In this document: positions 11,145-21,635 of the stretch, in pieces | How positions within the stretch are numbered: the first letter of the stretch is position 1 | Layout of the letters: each line of letters begins with the position of its first letter | Source of the DNA: a virus | Lineage: Duplodnaviria > Caudoviricetes | DNA: 64,000 nt | Direction: 5' to 3' (one strand) | Virus record (IMG/VR): IMGVR_UViG_3300028591_000119 | Coordinates: 58,279 to 122,278 of that record | Program-made: the position numbers and the translations under genes | Notes under the pieces: model-generated | Database searches by the model: none | Seen by the model: the letters and a program-made list of their open reading frames with translations, nothing else | Told to the model about the DNA's origin: nothing

Positions 11145-11156
11145 AACATAATTTTG
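11145..11156 (+). promoter_or_regulatory. Late-type promoter AACA-N6-TG
   Basis: AACATAATTTTG upstream of 11181. Confidence 0.55.
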
Positions 11157-11180
11157 TTATAAATATTGTGGAGGATATAA

Positions 11181-11567
11181 ATGCCTGAGGAAGAAATTGA
11201 AGTAAAAACTGATTACGAACCAACTGTTAAGGAAGAAGTTGAATTTAATATATCAACAGTTGCTAATCCTAAAACTAAACGTACTCGTGCTAAAAACGCA
11301 GTTAATGATCTAGTTGAAATTGTAGAAAATGGTAAACCTTCTGGAAAAATTCATAAAGCTTATAAAAATAATGATACTGTAAAAGAATTTGCTAGCAATA
11401 CTGCTGATTTAATGGCAGAATCATCTAGACAAATTCTTAGCGAAATGGATAAACAAGAAAACGAAATGATGAATGAACTCGTCAATCGTGTATATAAACC
11501 AACTGTTAAAGTTGATGATTCTAGCTCAGATTTAGATAATGTAATGAATTCACTTAGATTATTCTAA
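11181..11567 (+). CDS. Hypothetical protein
   Basis: 128-aa ORF with GGAGG SD, followed by terminator. Confidence 0.75.
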   Translation: MPEEEIEVKTDYEPTVKEEVEFNISTVANPKTKRTRAKNAVNDLVEIVENGKPSGKIHKAYKNNDTVKEFASNTADLMAESSRQILSEMDKQENEMMNELVNRVYKPTVKVDDSSSDLDNVMNSLRLF

Positions 11568-11590
11568 ATATATTTGTCTCCTTACTTTTT

Positions 11591-11611
11591 GCACCCACTG
11601 TCAGTGGGTGC
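11591..11611 (+). terminator. Intrinsic terminator
   Basis: GCACCCACT-GTC-AGTGGGTGC followed by T tract. Confidence 0.8.
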
Positions 11612-11677
11612 TTTTTCTTTTTATTGATAAAAAGATTATATATTAAAAATATAGAATTCATAATAAGGAGATAAAAT

Positions 11678-12199
11678 ATGAATATTGAAATTTTTAAAGT
11701 AAAAGATGTCTCATTGAAAGACATCCCAGTTTCACCATTTGATTCTTTTAGTGTTTTTGAAAAGTTTAATCATAAATTTGATGAAATTTTCAAAGATACA
11801 TATGTGTATTCAAGTGCAAGCGGTATGCCATTAGTACTAACACCTTTGCAAAGAATCGTCATGACACCAGAAATAATGACATATATTAATAAAGTAGCAA
11901 CGTGTGTACCATCATCTCATTTCAAAGAAAATGACGAGATTATTGAAAAATCTATATCATTTGATAATTGGGTAAGAGATGTGGTATTCGTTAATGGAGA
12001 TGGGAAATATGAGAAAATTCCTATTTCTCATGTCGTTATGAATATGGTAACAAAACTTCGAATAGTTGAAAACACTAACGGTTTTGGTCCAAATGCAAAT
12101 GTTCTGGCTGACACAGAAATATTTGTGTCAATAAATTATGACAAAGATAGAACATCAAGTACAATATTTGATTCTTTCATTGATATGATTTACGACTAA
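11678..12199 (+). CDS. Hypothetical protein
   Basis: 173-aa ORF, AAGGAG SD, TATATTAA at 11638-11645, terminator hairpin 12220-12247. Confidence 0.75.
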   Translation: MNIEIFKVKDVSLKDIPVSPFDSFSVFEKFNHKFDEIFKDTYVYSSASGMPLVLTPLQRIVMTPEIMTYINKVATCVPSSHFKENDEIIEKSISFDNWVRDVVFVNGDGKYEKIPISHVVMNMVTKLRIVENTNGFGPNANVLADTEIFVSINYDKDRTSSTIFDSFIDMIYD

Positions 12200-12262
12200 A
12201 TTACGCACAATTTCACACAAATAACGGAGATTAATTTCTCCGTTATTTTTTCTTTAGCAAAA

Positions 12263-12274
12263 AACAAAATAATG
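12263..12274 (+). promoter_or_regulatory. Late-type promoter AACA-N6-TG
   Basis: AACAAAATAATG upstream of 12313. Confidence 0.6.
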
Positions 12275-12312
12275 ATTAAATACTAAAATTATCTATTAAT
12301 GGAGTATAAAAT

Positions 12313-13623
12313 ATGATAGGTACAGTTATTGAAATTGCTGATGCAATAGGTACAATTGCAGATAAAACTGGTAAAGTGGTGGATAATGCTACTAAAACGG
12401 CAGTAGCTTATCAGGACGCTAAACAGGCTACAATGAGTATCGCTGAAAAAGCTAAAAAATCAGTTATGATGTATAAAGTTTGGATTTCTTCGGGTATTAG
12501 AGAAGCCAAACTTGCTTCACAGATCAATAAATGGCTTGAAAACATGTACGCTATTTTCACAATGATGGTATTGGGATACAATCCTATGGCATCAAATAAT
12601 GATGAAATTAGTCGAATCGTACAAGGTATTTCAGCCGAATCATTCAAACCTAACTATGATACTAGAACGCAAGAAGCAGCATTTGCTGCAGCTATGCAAG
12701 AAATCGAGTCTGAAAGAAACTACGGTAAAAGACAACCTAGAATCGGTAAAAATGCAGTTATGTCAAAAGAAGCAGATCCTAGTATTACTACTTTACCTGA
12801 TGATACTGAGATAGTAGGTAATTCAGGTAATCTTGGAGACGTTAGAAAAGACGCTATTAAAAATTATAAAGCTAGTAATCATAATGCTAAACTCATCGAT
12901 ATGAAATTCATCGACAATGTGCAGAAAAATAATAACACAGCATATCCTACAGTAGTAAATATGAAAATTAATACTGGCTCTGGTGTAGTTTCTATTCCTC
13001 TTGCTATTAAATGTAATCTTTATCCTATTGGAACTGAAGAAATGAGATTACTCATTGAATCAGGTATTTCAGGCAAGATGTTTGATTACATTAGACGTAT
13101 TAAATGGCGTTCTGGAGAAATTTCTACACTCGCTTGGATTTTTAATACAGATATTTCTAAACGAAGTAAAACTTTGTATGAAAAACTTGGACGCAATCCA
13201 ATGTTCCAAGAATTACAACAGAGAAAAGCTGCGTCTAAATCATCGTTCTGGTCAAAATTCTTAACACGTTTTGGTACAGAATATGAATCTGGAGATAAAG
13301 CTACTGCTTATAAACAGATTAATGCAAACATCGCTAACGTTCCTCCTACATCATCTATGATTGTATCTACAGATGATTTAGTTGCTGCATCTAGATTAAA
13401 CATAGAACACTTCACTAAAAATGAAGGTTTTATCAACCGATTCATGAAAGATAATTTCTTACTTTGTCTCGGTATAGTTGATCTTGTTGCTGAGGAATGT
13501 AGTTTCTTTATTATGGGATATAAAAATCCATTTAAAGTTTCTTTTACTGATTTGGAAAATAAATATGAAAATCAGAACGATTCTATGTTAAAAATCATTA
13601 ACGAATTATCAAGGAAGGTGTAA
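12313..13623 (+). CDS. Conserved jumbo-phage virion structural protein
   Basis: 436 aa; IKWRSGEIS motif recalled from jumbo-phage virion proteins; SAES, TQEA and SKEA motifs. Confidence 0.55.
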   Translation: MIGTVIEIADAIGTIADKTGKVVDNATKTAVAYQDAKQATMSIAEKAKKSVMMYKVWISSGIREAKLASQINKWLENMYAIFTMMVLGYNPMASNNDEISRIVQGISAESFKPNYDTRTQEAAFAAAMQEIESERNYGKRQPRIGKNAVMSKEADPSITTLPDDTEIVGNSGNLGDVRKDAIKNYKASNHNAKLIDMKFIDNVQKNNNTAYPTVVNMKINTGSGVVSIPLAIKCNLYPIGTEEMRLLIESGISGKMFDYIRRIKWRSGEISTLAWIFNTDISKRSKTLYEKLGRNPMFQELQQRKAASKSSFWSKFLTRFGTEYESGDKATAYKQINANIANVPPTSSMIVSTDDLVAASRLNIEHFTKNEGFINRFMKDNFLLCLGIVDLVAEECSFFIMGYKNPFKVSFTDLENKYENQNDSMLKIINELSRKV

Positions 13624-13626
13624 GTA

Positions 13627-14931
13627 ATGAGAAATTTCGATTTTGCTAAAATAAAAGAAGCATATGATAAGGCAGATAAAGGATTTAATCCTACTCGTCA
13701 CAAAGTAGATAATAAGGATCCTAATCCTCAAGCTTATACTTCTAAATTATATTTTAAATTCTTAGCAATAAACAATAAAACTATTACAAAAGCTCTTAAA
13801 TCGACAAATGCCGAATACTATAAATCTATTGTGGATACTAATGGTGATTACTCTCGTCGCAAGGGAGGAAATTTACCAGAACAAATCAGAGCACACGTTG
13901 ATTGGGCTAGAGATATGATAGGTCGCGATCCTACATTGAAGTATAGTATTCTTGGTGTTTTCTGTGATACATATGATTTATTGAATGACCTTAGATGGAG
14001 AGCAGCATTCAAACTTGCTTTCGATTATTGTAGAAGAAACGGTGATAATAAAACCATCGTTGCTGCTATCAAGAGTCTTTATTTCGCATTAGTTATTTCT
14101 TGTGAAACTACGTTCATGAAAGTCATCGAAACCGAATATTATGTATCATTAGGAAATTCTCCTGTAAATGCTGTGCTTAACGTTCATGAAAAATATTATA
14201 CTTTCATGAAAAAGAATATCATACCAACCATTAATGTCATTACTCTTCTCAGAAACACTAAAGATCCTATCACTTATGTAAAGAGTTATATCAATGGTGA
14301 AAACAAAGCAAAACGTGCTACTGAGAACTTTTCTGTTCCCATGTATAAAGATGAAGCTACTAAATCTGCTGAAGGTGTTATTTTCGACACAATGAAAGCT
14401 TCAGGTGGAGCCATAGCAAATATTGCTGCTTCAGGATTAACATCTGGTTTCGGTATCGCTTCTGTTATTGGTAGTGCTAAAGCCGGTGCTGCATTAGCTA
14501 TTGGTTCAAATCCTGTAGGTTGGATATTAGCGATCGTAGGTTCTCTTTGGTTTATAATAACACTTATCCCTAGTATAAGAATTATTATTTATTACGCTAT
14601 GATAAGTAAAACTAATGTACAGAAAGAGCTGAAACTTCATTCTGAAATACTAGGTAACAATATCGCAACGTTAAAAGAAAAATATGACAATATGTCACCT
14701 GGTGCTGAAAAAGATAAGTTAGGTGAAGTAATCAAAAAACAACAATCGATGTACGAAGATTTATTAGCTAAGATGAAAAATGAAACTAGTGGTAACTATA
14801 ACGACGATGCCGCCGTTGACAGTGAATTAGACAGTGATGAATCTGATGCAGATAAAGAAGCTGAAGATAAAGGAAATGACGTCGATGATAATAATGACGG
14901 AAATTCTGATAACTTCGGTGTATTGATTTAA
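13627..14931 (+). CDS. Putative virion protein with Gly/Ala-rich hydrophobic (TM-like) segment
   Basis: 434 aa; ATEN/SAEG sites, then GGAIANIAASG...NPVGWILAIVGSLWFIITLIPSIRIIIYY; coupled to the upstream gene. Confidence 0.55.
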   Translation: MRNFDFAKIKEAYDKADKGFNPTRHKVDNKDPNPQAYTSKLYFKFLAINNKTITKALKSTNAEYYKSIVDTNGDYSRRKGGNLPEQIRAHVDWARDMIGRDPTLKYSILGVFCDTYDLLNDLRWRAAFKLAFDYCRRNGDNKTIVAAIKSLYFALVISCETTFMKVIETEYYVSLGNSPVNAVLNVHEKYYTFMKKNIIPTINVITLLRNTKDPITYVKSYINGENKAKRATENFSVPMYKDEATKSAEGVIFDTMKASGGAIANIAASGLTSGFGIASVIGSAKAGAALAIGSNPVGWILAIVGSLWFIITLIPSIRIIIYYAMISKTNVQKELKLHSEILGNNIATLKEKYDNMSPGAEKDKLGEVIKKQQSMYEDLLAKMKNETSGNYNDDAAVDSELDSDESDADKEAEDKGNDVDDNNDGNSDNFGVLI

Positions 14932-14937
14932 TAAAAA

Positions 14938-14964
14938 AATAACTCGGGTTGAACCCGAGTTATT
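14938..14964. terminator. Bidirectional intrinsic terminator between convergent genes
   Basis: AATAACTCGGGTT-G-AACCCGAGTTATT flanked by A and T tracts. Confidence 0.8.
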
Positions 14965-15009
14965 TTTAATCTTTAAGCGGTTCTTTTTACTTTTTCAAGA
15001 AACCGTTTT

Positions 15010-15741
15010 TCAAAACTCCTTTTTATATTTGTCTATATAAGAATCTAAAACTATACTTATACAAGTAAGTAATTTTTTCCACAAGACTCTATTATGATAG
15101 TATAACGGATGATTTTCTATTTCCTTTAACTTTTCTTTAAATCGAGCATAAAGTGAACAACAATAATTGTATATAATCATATCTTGTATAGGATTTATCA
15201 ATATTGATGGGTATAACTCTTTATATTCGGATATATCTTTTTGTATAATCTCATCAAAACGTTTTTCAACACAATTTACCAATGGCATAAAACCTGATTT
15301 AGTATATTGCATCTTATATATTTCGTCTGCTATTTCAGCAAATTTATCTGAATCATATAGATAGTTTACATATATTTGAATCATTTCTCCCAGTTTGATA
15401 GGATATTCATCCGTAACATGTTGAAATGATTTTTTAACTTTATTATAAAGCGTTTTTCCAAATATATCTACAGTAAAAGGGATAAATATGTAGTCCACTT
15501 TACTTGGATCCATCTCACCTTCAATATCATATAACCGTTTCTTATATTGGTATACTATATGTGATTTTGGAAAACACAACATTATTTGTCCACCAGGATA
15601 TAGATGTTTAAGTGTTTCGGCAAATATATAACAATATCCTGACCTAAATAATTTATGAACACCGTCCATTTCATTATCATTTAGTGTTCCTCTGTTAGTT
15701 CTTAGATTATTGATATAATCTAAAATATCCATCTTTTTCAT
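15010..15741 (-). CDS. Papain/transglutaminase-like fold protein (putative Cys-His-Asp triad)
   Basis: GYCYIFA...HIVYQY...LYDIEG motif order; TATATTAT at 15763-15770. Confidence 0.5.
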   Translation of the reverse strand: MKKMDILDYINNLRTNRGTLNDNEMDGVHKLFRSGYCYIFAETLKHLYPGGQIMLCFPKSHIVYQYKKRLYDIEGEMDPSKVDYIFIPFTVDIFGKTLYNKVKKSFQHVTDEYPIKLGEMIQIYVNYLYDSDKFAEIADEIYKMQYTKSGFMPLVNCVEKRFDEIIQKDISEYKELYPSILINPIQDMIIYNYCCSLYARFKEKLKEIENHPLYYHNRVLWKKLLTCISIVLDSYIDKYKKEF

Positions 15742-15778
15742 ATCTTATATCTCCTTAGATAAATAATATATAAATAAA

Positions 15779-15807
15779 AATTACAGGTAGGAATCCTACC
15801 TGTAATT
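15779..15807 (-). terminator. Intrinsic terminator
   Basis: AATTACAGGTAGGA-A-TCCTACCTGTAATT with A tract to the left. Confidence 0.8.
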
Positions 15808-15810
15808 ATA

Positions 15811-18312
15811 TTATTTTCCTAAAACCATTTTATCAAATAAATCATCGAATCTGCTGTTGATATTTTGATATGCTCGATTTTCGATATCATTAAGCATATT
15901 ATTTCTAACAGATTCTGTTGCTTGTGTGACAATCGCTTGATCTAATGTATCAGAAGTTCCTTCGGAAATAATTCTTCCAGATGCATCTGTTGGAGAATCT
16001 TCAGTAACAGCCGCATTAACATTTGAACCGTCGACATTGATATCAGTATTTTCATCATTAGTTATTTCCAACGATTTTACTCCACCACATAATGAACCAA
16101 GTACACTATAACATCCGTTATTAGCCATAGCATCGGCACCTTCAGTCGTTAAATCTGAAGCAGATTCGAGACAAGTAACGGTACTATCAGTAGATTCAAG
16201 TGTTTTAAATGCGCGGTTATATGCACCAGCAGACAAATTCATTTTATATATACTGTCTAAAACTACTTGGTTTCTAGGGAACATAATAGGATTATCTTTA
16301 TTTATTGAAGGCCCTGTTTCAACATTCATATCGTAAGCAACATTCTTTCTTTCAAAATATTTTACAAAAGAATGTAATACTCCCATATCTACAAAGAAAG
16401 GAATCTTTAAATAATGTTTAAAATAATCGATATAATATCCATTTTCACCTTCTAATATCTTTTTGAGTGTTTCTGAAGCAATATCTTTAGAAGAAGCAGC
16501 TGTGATATTATCTATTATTTCAAATTCCTGTGAATGATATTGTTCATCGAGAATATCAAAACAACTACACATTGTACGATTATTATATAGATCCATAGCT
16601 TTACTGAAAGGAGTATATTTCTTACAAATATCGGTAAGTAATTGTTTTTCTGAAAAAGAGAAATCTGTAAATTGAATAGATGAGAATGATGTTCTATTAA
16701 ATGAATTATTAAGAGTATCATATATTCTATTACATACACCATTATAAATTTCTTCAAATAATACTTGCTTTGTTTTGCCTGTATTAGGTTCAATTTCAGT
16801 ATAAGAACGACCTAACTTTGCTTTAATAATTGAAAGCATGTATAAATATGCTCCATACAAGAACATTCTAGATAAACTAGAAACAGCAAATTTATTAAGA
16901 GAAAGAATACTATAATCTGTGGTAGAAGTAGAAATGTAAATGTCTCTGATTTTAAATCCTGTGGTGGTGTTCTTTATAACAGTAGCGGCTTCTTCATCTT
17001 TGATCTTAGAAACAGCATATTTTATAGTTTTAATGGACTGATAAAGATTACCGTTAGTATAATCCATAGATTGAGACGTATTATAAGTACGATATCTAGC
17101 AGTAAGATAAATTATCAAAGAACGACAAATATAATCACAAATATGAGCAAAATCAGTATCCCACATTTTACTACTGATACTCAACATTTCAGTTACACCA
17201 TTATTATTTTGAACAGTTCTATCTATCGCTAAACGTCTAAATCCGTCACTTAATATAGCAGTAATACAAGCTGACCACACTGAATATTGGAGCTTTATAT
17301 TGTTGTAGTCAGAAGGTCGTTTACGAATATCTTCTCTTATAGAAGAATCTTCATATTGTCCGTTTCCATCTATATTCTCGTGATATTTATCTACTGTATG
17401 ACCGCTTACATCAGATATATTTATAGAATCAGGATAAAGCGCTTTATCAAGAGTAGATAAACTATCTTTAACAAATGCGGTATATGCCCAAGAATATATA
17501 TCATTTTTAGCACCAATTAATTTAGAAGCATAAATAAGATATGTCGAGATAGCTGAAGCCAACATCTTTTTAGTAATCTTTTCAAGAACGTTATTGGAAA
17601 TGGTAGGATCTTTAAATTTGTTAAGTATCTCAGTAAGAATATCTAAACCTTTAGCTCCATTATCGTTATCACCACCATCTTCATAAACACCTTTCTGGTC
17701 TGTGGTAGAGATAATTTCACCAAAGAATCTATCAAATAAATTAATAACATCTATACTCATTACAGATTCTAAATTATCGAGAACAGTTTTATTCCCATTA
17801 AAACCTTCTATTTCAAGAATATTGTTATTATAACCGTAATTATTATAATCGTTCAATAATCTTTCACTTGATGAAAGGGTAGGATTATCTGACACTTCAA
17901 ACATGATAGGAACAACATGTTCAGTATTCAAATATGCGTACGGTGTAACTGCTATATCAATAGATTTTACAGGAGCATAAATATCTGCACCGTTTACTGT
18001 ATAGAACGTCTCATCTGCTGACATAGTTTTAACTTTATCATATACTCGATTACGTCCATACAAATGTCTAAATTTAACATCAAGTACATCTTTAGAAAAT
18101 ACTTTAGAATAAACAAACATGAAACGACGATTATTAATCATCATATTCACGGTTTTATTGACGCTATATTCCGACTTAGAAGCGGAATTCATCAATTGAG
18201 CAAATAATTCATCTATACACTGATAACAATCTGCGTATAATTTTCTTATAAACCCTGGAAGTTCAGTATTTATAAAGATTATAGATTTTTCAAATTGATT
18301 CTTATTAATCAT
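15811..18312 (-). CDS. Large hypothetical protein, probably virion-associated
   Basis: Open frame of about 833 aa; ATG 18312 has a GGAG SD and an ATGA overlap with the upstream stop; C-terminal TLES, CLES, TTEG and ATES motifs. Confidence 0.6.
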   Translation of the reverse strand: MINKNQFEKSIIFINTELPGFIRKLYADCYQCIDELFAQLMNSASKSEYSVNKTVNMMINNRRFMFVYSKVFSKDVLDVKFRHLYGRNRVYDKVKTMSADETFYTVNGADIYAPVKSIDIAVTPYAYLNTEHVVPIMFEVSDNPTLSSSERLLNDYNNYGYNNNILEIEGFNGNKTVLDNLESVMSIDVINLFDRFFGEIISTTDQKGVYEDGGDNDNGAKGLDILTEILNKFKDPTISNNVLEKITKKMLASAISTYLIYASKLIGAKNDIYSWAYTAFVKDSLSTLDKALYPDSINISDVSGHTVDKYHENIDGNGQYEDSSIREDIRKRPSDYNNIKLQYSVWSACITAILSDGFRRLAIDRTVQNNNGVTEMLSISSKMWDTDFAHICDYICRSLIIYLTARYRTYNTSQSMDYTNGNLYQSIKTIKYAVSKIKDEEAATVIKNTTTGFKIRDIYISTSTTDYSILSLNKFAVSSLSRMFLYGAYLYMLSIIKAKLGRSYTEIEPNTGKTKQVLFEEIYNGVCNRIYDTLNNSFNRTSFSSIQFTDFSFSEKQLLTDICKKYTPFSKAMDLYNNRTMCSCFDILDEQYHSQEFEIIDNITAASSKDIASETLKKILEGENGYYIDYFKHYLKIPFFVDMGVLHSFVKYFERKNVAYDMNVETGPSINKDNPIMFPRNQVVLDSIYKMNLSAGAYNRAFKTLESTDSTVTCLESASDLTTEGADAMANNGCYSVLGSLCGGVKSLEITNDENTDINVDGSNVNAAVTEDSPTDASGRIISEGTSDTLDQAIVTQATESVRNNMLNDIENRAYQNINSRFDDLFDKMVLGK

Positions 18313-19811
18313 TTTTTTCTCCAAGATTGAATACAATCATCGATATATTTATTTATAATTACGAAAGATTCGTATAAATATAATTTCATAACCATATCAT
18401 ATGAATTAATGTAATGCATAGCATTCATAGTAGATACTAAATCTAAACAAGTCCAGCTAGCTATACTCAACACTAATGTTGCTAATTTATAATTAGATTT
18501 AGCATTAATTTTATTATATTCTATAATCATAGACTGTACTGTCGTTGATAACTTTCCAGTTATATTAGCTACTCTAGTAATAGAATCTATCAACGATTTA
18601 ATAGTTTCATCTGCTTTTTCCTTAAATGCACCAGTCTTATTATTGAAATTATCTATTTGAGAATAGAATTCACCAACAGTAATATCATCCACGAATGACA
18701 GATTTTTAGGTTCTTTAGCCATTATAGAATCTAAATTAATATTACTATATTCACTGCCTACTTCAGAAATAATTCTTTGAAGATTTTTAGCATTTTTAAT
18801 ACATGCAAATATAGTCTTTTCGTTTTCATTATCAGTTAAATTGTTAGAATTAAAATCAATAGTTCTAAACAAATCTGCTTTAGTAGAACCATCATATCCA
18901 ACATTAGGTTTAATACTGTCTGATTGTTTAGCTGTAAAAGTCGATACATCTAATTTATATTTTTGCATCATCCATACGAAATAGTCATCATCATCTGTAT
19001 ATTCGGAACTAGTCAATTCATCATACATAGCATCTATTTGTTTTGACAGTTTTATAATCTTTTTAATTTCAGTATCAACTCTTTCAGAAGATGCACCATT
19101 TAAATCGGTAGTATTGAAAATATCTTTAAATGATGATAACATCTCATTCACAGCGAGTGCGACTTTACTAGTAATATCCGATAATTTTTGATATCGTTTA
19201 ATATATCGTTTGAAATAACTGATATTGTCACCGTTTTTAACAAATACGTTAATAACGTCTCTAGTGTAATCTCTCAACGAATCGATACCACATTCAATCA
19301 TTTTATCTGAACCTAGAACATTTTCCAATATGTTTTTAATATATGTCTTTTCTATATCAGAAATATCAGTTCGTTTAGATAGTTTTGGTAATTTTCTAGT
19401 GAAATCTTTATTTGTAAGGTCTTTTACATCTTTATTCATCTTGATACATAAACCACATGACGGAATTATTTGGTTTTTAAGAATCAAATTCATCATATTG
19501 ACTAATGGTTTAACCTCGGTTCCAAACGATTCCACTGCTCTTTCAACCATATCATTATCTTTATTTACAAGATAATTTCCTATAGAAGTACCTATTTGTA
19601 CTTCTTCATTATCTTTTCTCGAAACAGTCAATGCTTTCTTTAAATTACTGTAAAACTCGTTCAGTATTTCAGATTTAATTTTTCTATCTTTTTCACCGCC
19701 ACATAAAGAAGTATCTTTACCATCTTTATATTGTGTTATAGATTCGTTTATTTCTTTCGATACTGCATCATACGGTAATTCATTAGAAATATTATCGTGT
19801 ACTATATCCAT
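18309..19811 (-). CDS. Hypothetical helical protein, probably virion-associated
   Basis: 500-aa ORF, AVES motif, coupled to the downstream gene. Confidence 0.6.
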   Translation of the reverse strand: MDIVHDNISNELPYDAVSKEINESITQYKDGKDTSLCGGEKDRKIKSEILNEFYSNLKKALTVSRKDNEEVQIGTSIGNYLVNKDNDMVERAVESFGTEVKPLVNMMNLILKNQIIPSCGLCIKMNKDVKDLTNKDFTRKLPKLSKRTDISDIEKTYIKNILENVLGSDKMIECGIDSLRDYTRDVINVFVKNGDNISYFKRYIKRYQKLSDITSKVALAVNEMLSSFKDIFNTTDLNGASSERVDTEIKKIIKLSKQIDAMYDELTSSEYTDDDDYFVWMMQKYKLDVSTFTAKQSDSIKPNVGYDGSTKADLFRTIDFNSNNLTDNENEKTIFACIKNAKNLQRIISEVGSEYSNINLDSIMAKEPKNLSFVDDITVGEFYSQIDNFNNKTGAFKEKADETIKSLIDSITRVANITGKLSTTVQSMIIEYNKINAKSNYKLATLVLSIASWTCLDLVSTMNAMHYINSYDMVMKLYLYESFVIINKYIDDCIQSWRKK

Positions 19812-19874
19812 AATAATTTCCTATTTAATTATTGTTCATTATTAATGTTTTTCGTATCAAAAGAAAATAAAAAG

Positions 19875-19900
19875 AAATGTCCCCTAAACAGGGGACATTT
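19875..19900 (-). terminator. Intrinsic terminator
   Basis: AAATGTCCCCT-AAAC-AGGGGACATTT, A-rich on the left. Confidence 0.8.
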
Positions 19901-19902
19901 GT

Positions 19903-20072
19903 TAGAAATTGTATCACAACTCAAAATGAGTTATAATTTATTTCAGTTTAAATTTAAACTCAAATACGTTAAAGAATACTGTAAGTACGATATTAAATAA
20001 ACCTAATTTTGGAAATTTAATTAGGGTCGTCTTTTACCCAATATTATACTCATAGATTCATTCTTTAACTTA
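19903..20072 (-). ncRNA. Candidate structured non-coding RNA or 3' UTR element
   Basis: 10-bp inverted repeat 19968-19977/20060-20069 enclosing nested stems, plus two further hairpins; no credible ORF. Confidence 0.35.
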
Positions 20073-20075
20073 AAC

Positions 20076-20585
20076 CTAATGATTATAACGCTTTAAATTG
20101 TTTTTAAAACGACTAACTATCATTTCCCTAACAGATTCAGACAAATTAAGATTGACCTTTTCAGGATAATTCAAAATTATATCTCCAACTGCATTAGCGA
20201 TTTTGTCAGAAGTCAAAATAATCTTATCGATTTGATTATTATTGACTATCAAATTTATTAGACTTGATATAGTTGTTAGATGTTCACCGTTTCTTCCAAA
20301 ATCACCTAAAACCCTTACTTTAACAAGAGTTTTATTTAGGAATGTATCTGTGTAATCATTTAATTTAGGTTTAACTTCGGTTTCAACTTCGACAACACTT
20401 TCCTCTGCTATCTCTGCTTCAACTTCAAGAGTTTCAGATGAAGTTTTTTCACCTATATTAACGATCTCGTCGGAACCCTCAATCTTAGTGGAATCGATTG
20501 ATTTTTTTGCTACTTGATCTTCATAGATTATTTTAGCTTCATCTGATTTATTACGTGATTTATTTGTCTTTTTTCTATTGCTCAT
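20076..20585 (-). CDS. Hypothetical protein
   Basis: 169-aa ORF with GGAGG SD. Confidence 0.7.
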   Translation of the reverse strand: MSNRKKTNKSRNKSDEAKIIYEDQVAKKSIDSTKIEGSDEIVNIGEKTSSETLEVEAEIAEESVVEVETEVKPKLNDYTDTFLNKTLVKVRVLGDFGRNGEHLTTISSLINLIVNNNQIDKIILTSDKIANAVGDIILNYPEKVNLNLSESVREMIVSRFKNNLKRYNH

Positions 20586-20614
20586 AAGAAGCCTCCATTT
20601 CTAGAGACTTTTTA

Positions 20615-21253
20615 TTAGAGCTTTGTAAGATCGAAATTAGCAAACAAAGATTCAAGTGATGCGTTAGGATCAGCAGCTGCACTATCATCACCTTCTGCAC
20701 TTGTTTCAGGTTCAGCAGGAGCTGGTTCAGCTGGTTCAGTAGGTTCTGTTGCAGGTTCAGCAGGAGCTGAATCATTCGTTATTTCAATCTTTACACCGTC
20801 TACTTCTACAACTGTAGTATCTGATGTCTGTGTAACTTCAGCATTGTTATCTTCAGCAGGAGCTGGTTCAGCTGGTTCAGCTGGTTCAGTAGGTTCTGTT
20901 GCAGGTTCAGCAGGAGCTGGATCAGCAGCAGGTGGTGTATTATCTGGTTCATCTGATTCTTGTGCTGCAAAAAGCTTCTTAACAAGAGTAGGGTCTTTTT
21001 TAACCATTCCTGCTACGAGTCTAAATGCTTCATTAGCTTTCTGAGCCTGTTCAGGTGTATCGTCGTGTTCAGCTTGAGCTTGTGTTGAAGGATCATCTGC
21101 GTTGAATTCAGCATTTGGATCGCTAGGAGTTTTCTTAGCATCATCTTGTAATTCGAGCAGATCTGGTCCTGCACCCTGTGTTACATCAGGTACACCTGCT
21201 GAATCAGATTCAACACTAATAGTCTGTCCGTTCTTAGTGATATTAATTTTCAT
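20615..21253 (-). CDS. Acidic Pro/Ala/Glu-rich protein, putative head scaffold/core component
   Basis: Many S/A-x-E sites (SVES, ANEA, AQES, SAEG, SLES); PAEP repeats; late-type promoter at 21407-21418. Confidence 0.55.
   Translation of the reverse strand: MKINITKNGQTISVESDSAGVPDVTQGAGPDLLELQDDAKKTPSDPNAEFNADDPSTQAQAEHDDTPEQAQKANEAFRLVAGMVKKDPTLVKKLFAAQESDEPDNTPPAADPAPAEPATEPTEPAEPAEPAPAEDNNAEVTQTSDTTVVEVDGVKIEITNDSAPAEPATEPTEPAEPAPAEPETSAEGDDSAAADPNASLESLFANFDLTKL
20711..20919. repeat. Coding direct repeat (20711-20769 and 20852-20919) built from 9-bp GCTGGTTCA units
   Basis: Near-identical copies encoding PAEPATEPTEPAEPAPAE; the second has one extra 9-bp unit. Confidence 0.9.
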
Positions 21254-21406
21254 TTGTAATAATCCTCCATTAGTCTTTAATAATAAAAACTAATTTTAAA
21301 AAGTTTACAAATCTCATATTCAAATATGAGTATTTTTGAAATATAAAGCAGTAAAGAGATGAGCGATATTTCTTAAATAAGAAATTCTCTAACTACTAAA
21401 TAAATT

Positions 21407-21418
21407 CATAATAATGTT
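21407..21418 (-). promoter_or_regulatory. Late-type promoter AACA-N6-TG giving a ~150-nt structured leader
   Basis: AACATTATTATG, identical to the site at 2978-2989. Confidence 0.6.
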
Positions 21419-21635
21419 ATATAATTTAACGTTTTTTCTATTAAAAAGATAAAAAAATAAATCCTGTTTATTCTTTCATATTCTCAAATATCATACATAT
21501 AAGTAATCAAATAAAAAAAATAACACTACGCATTTTATTAATCTATGTGTTATTGAAAAATATTAACCCAAAGTGCAACAATAGCCTAAATACTAAGTCA
21601 CCGTAGATTTTATAGTATAAAATGTATTTCTATAT

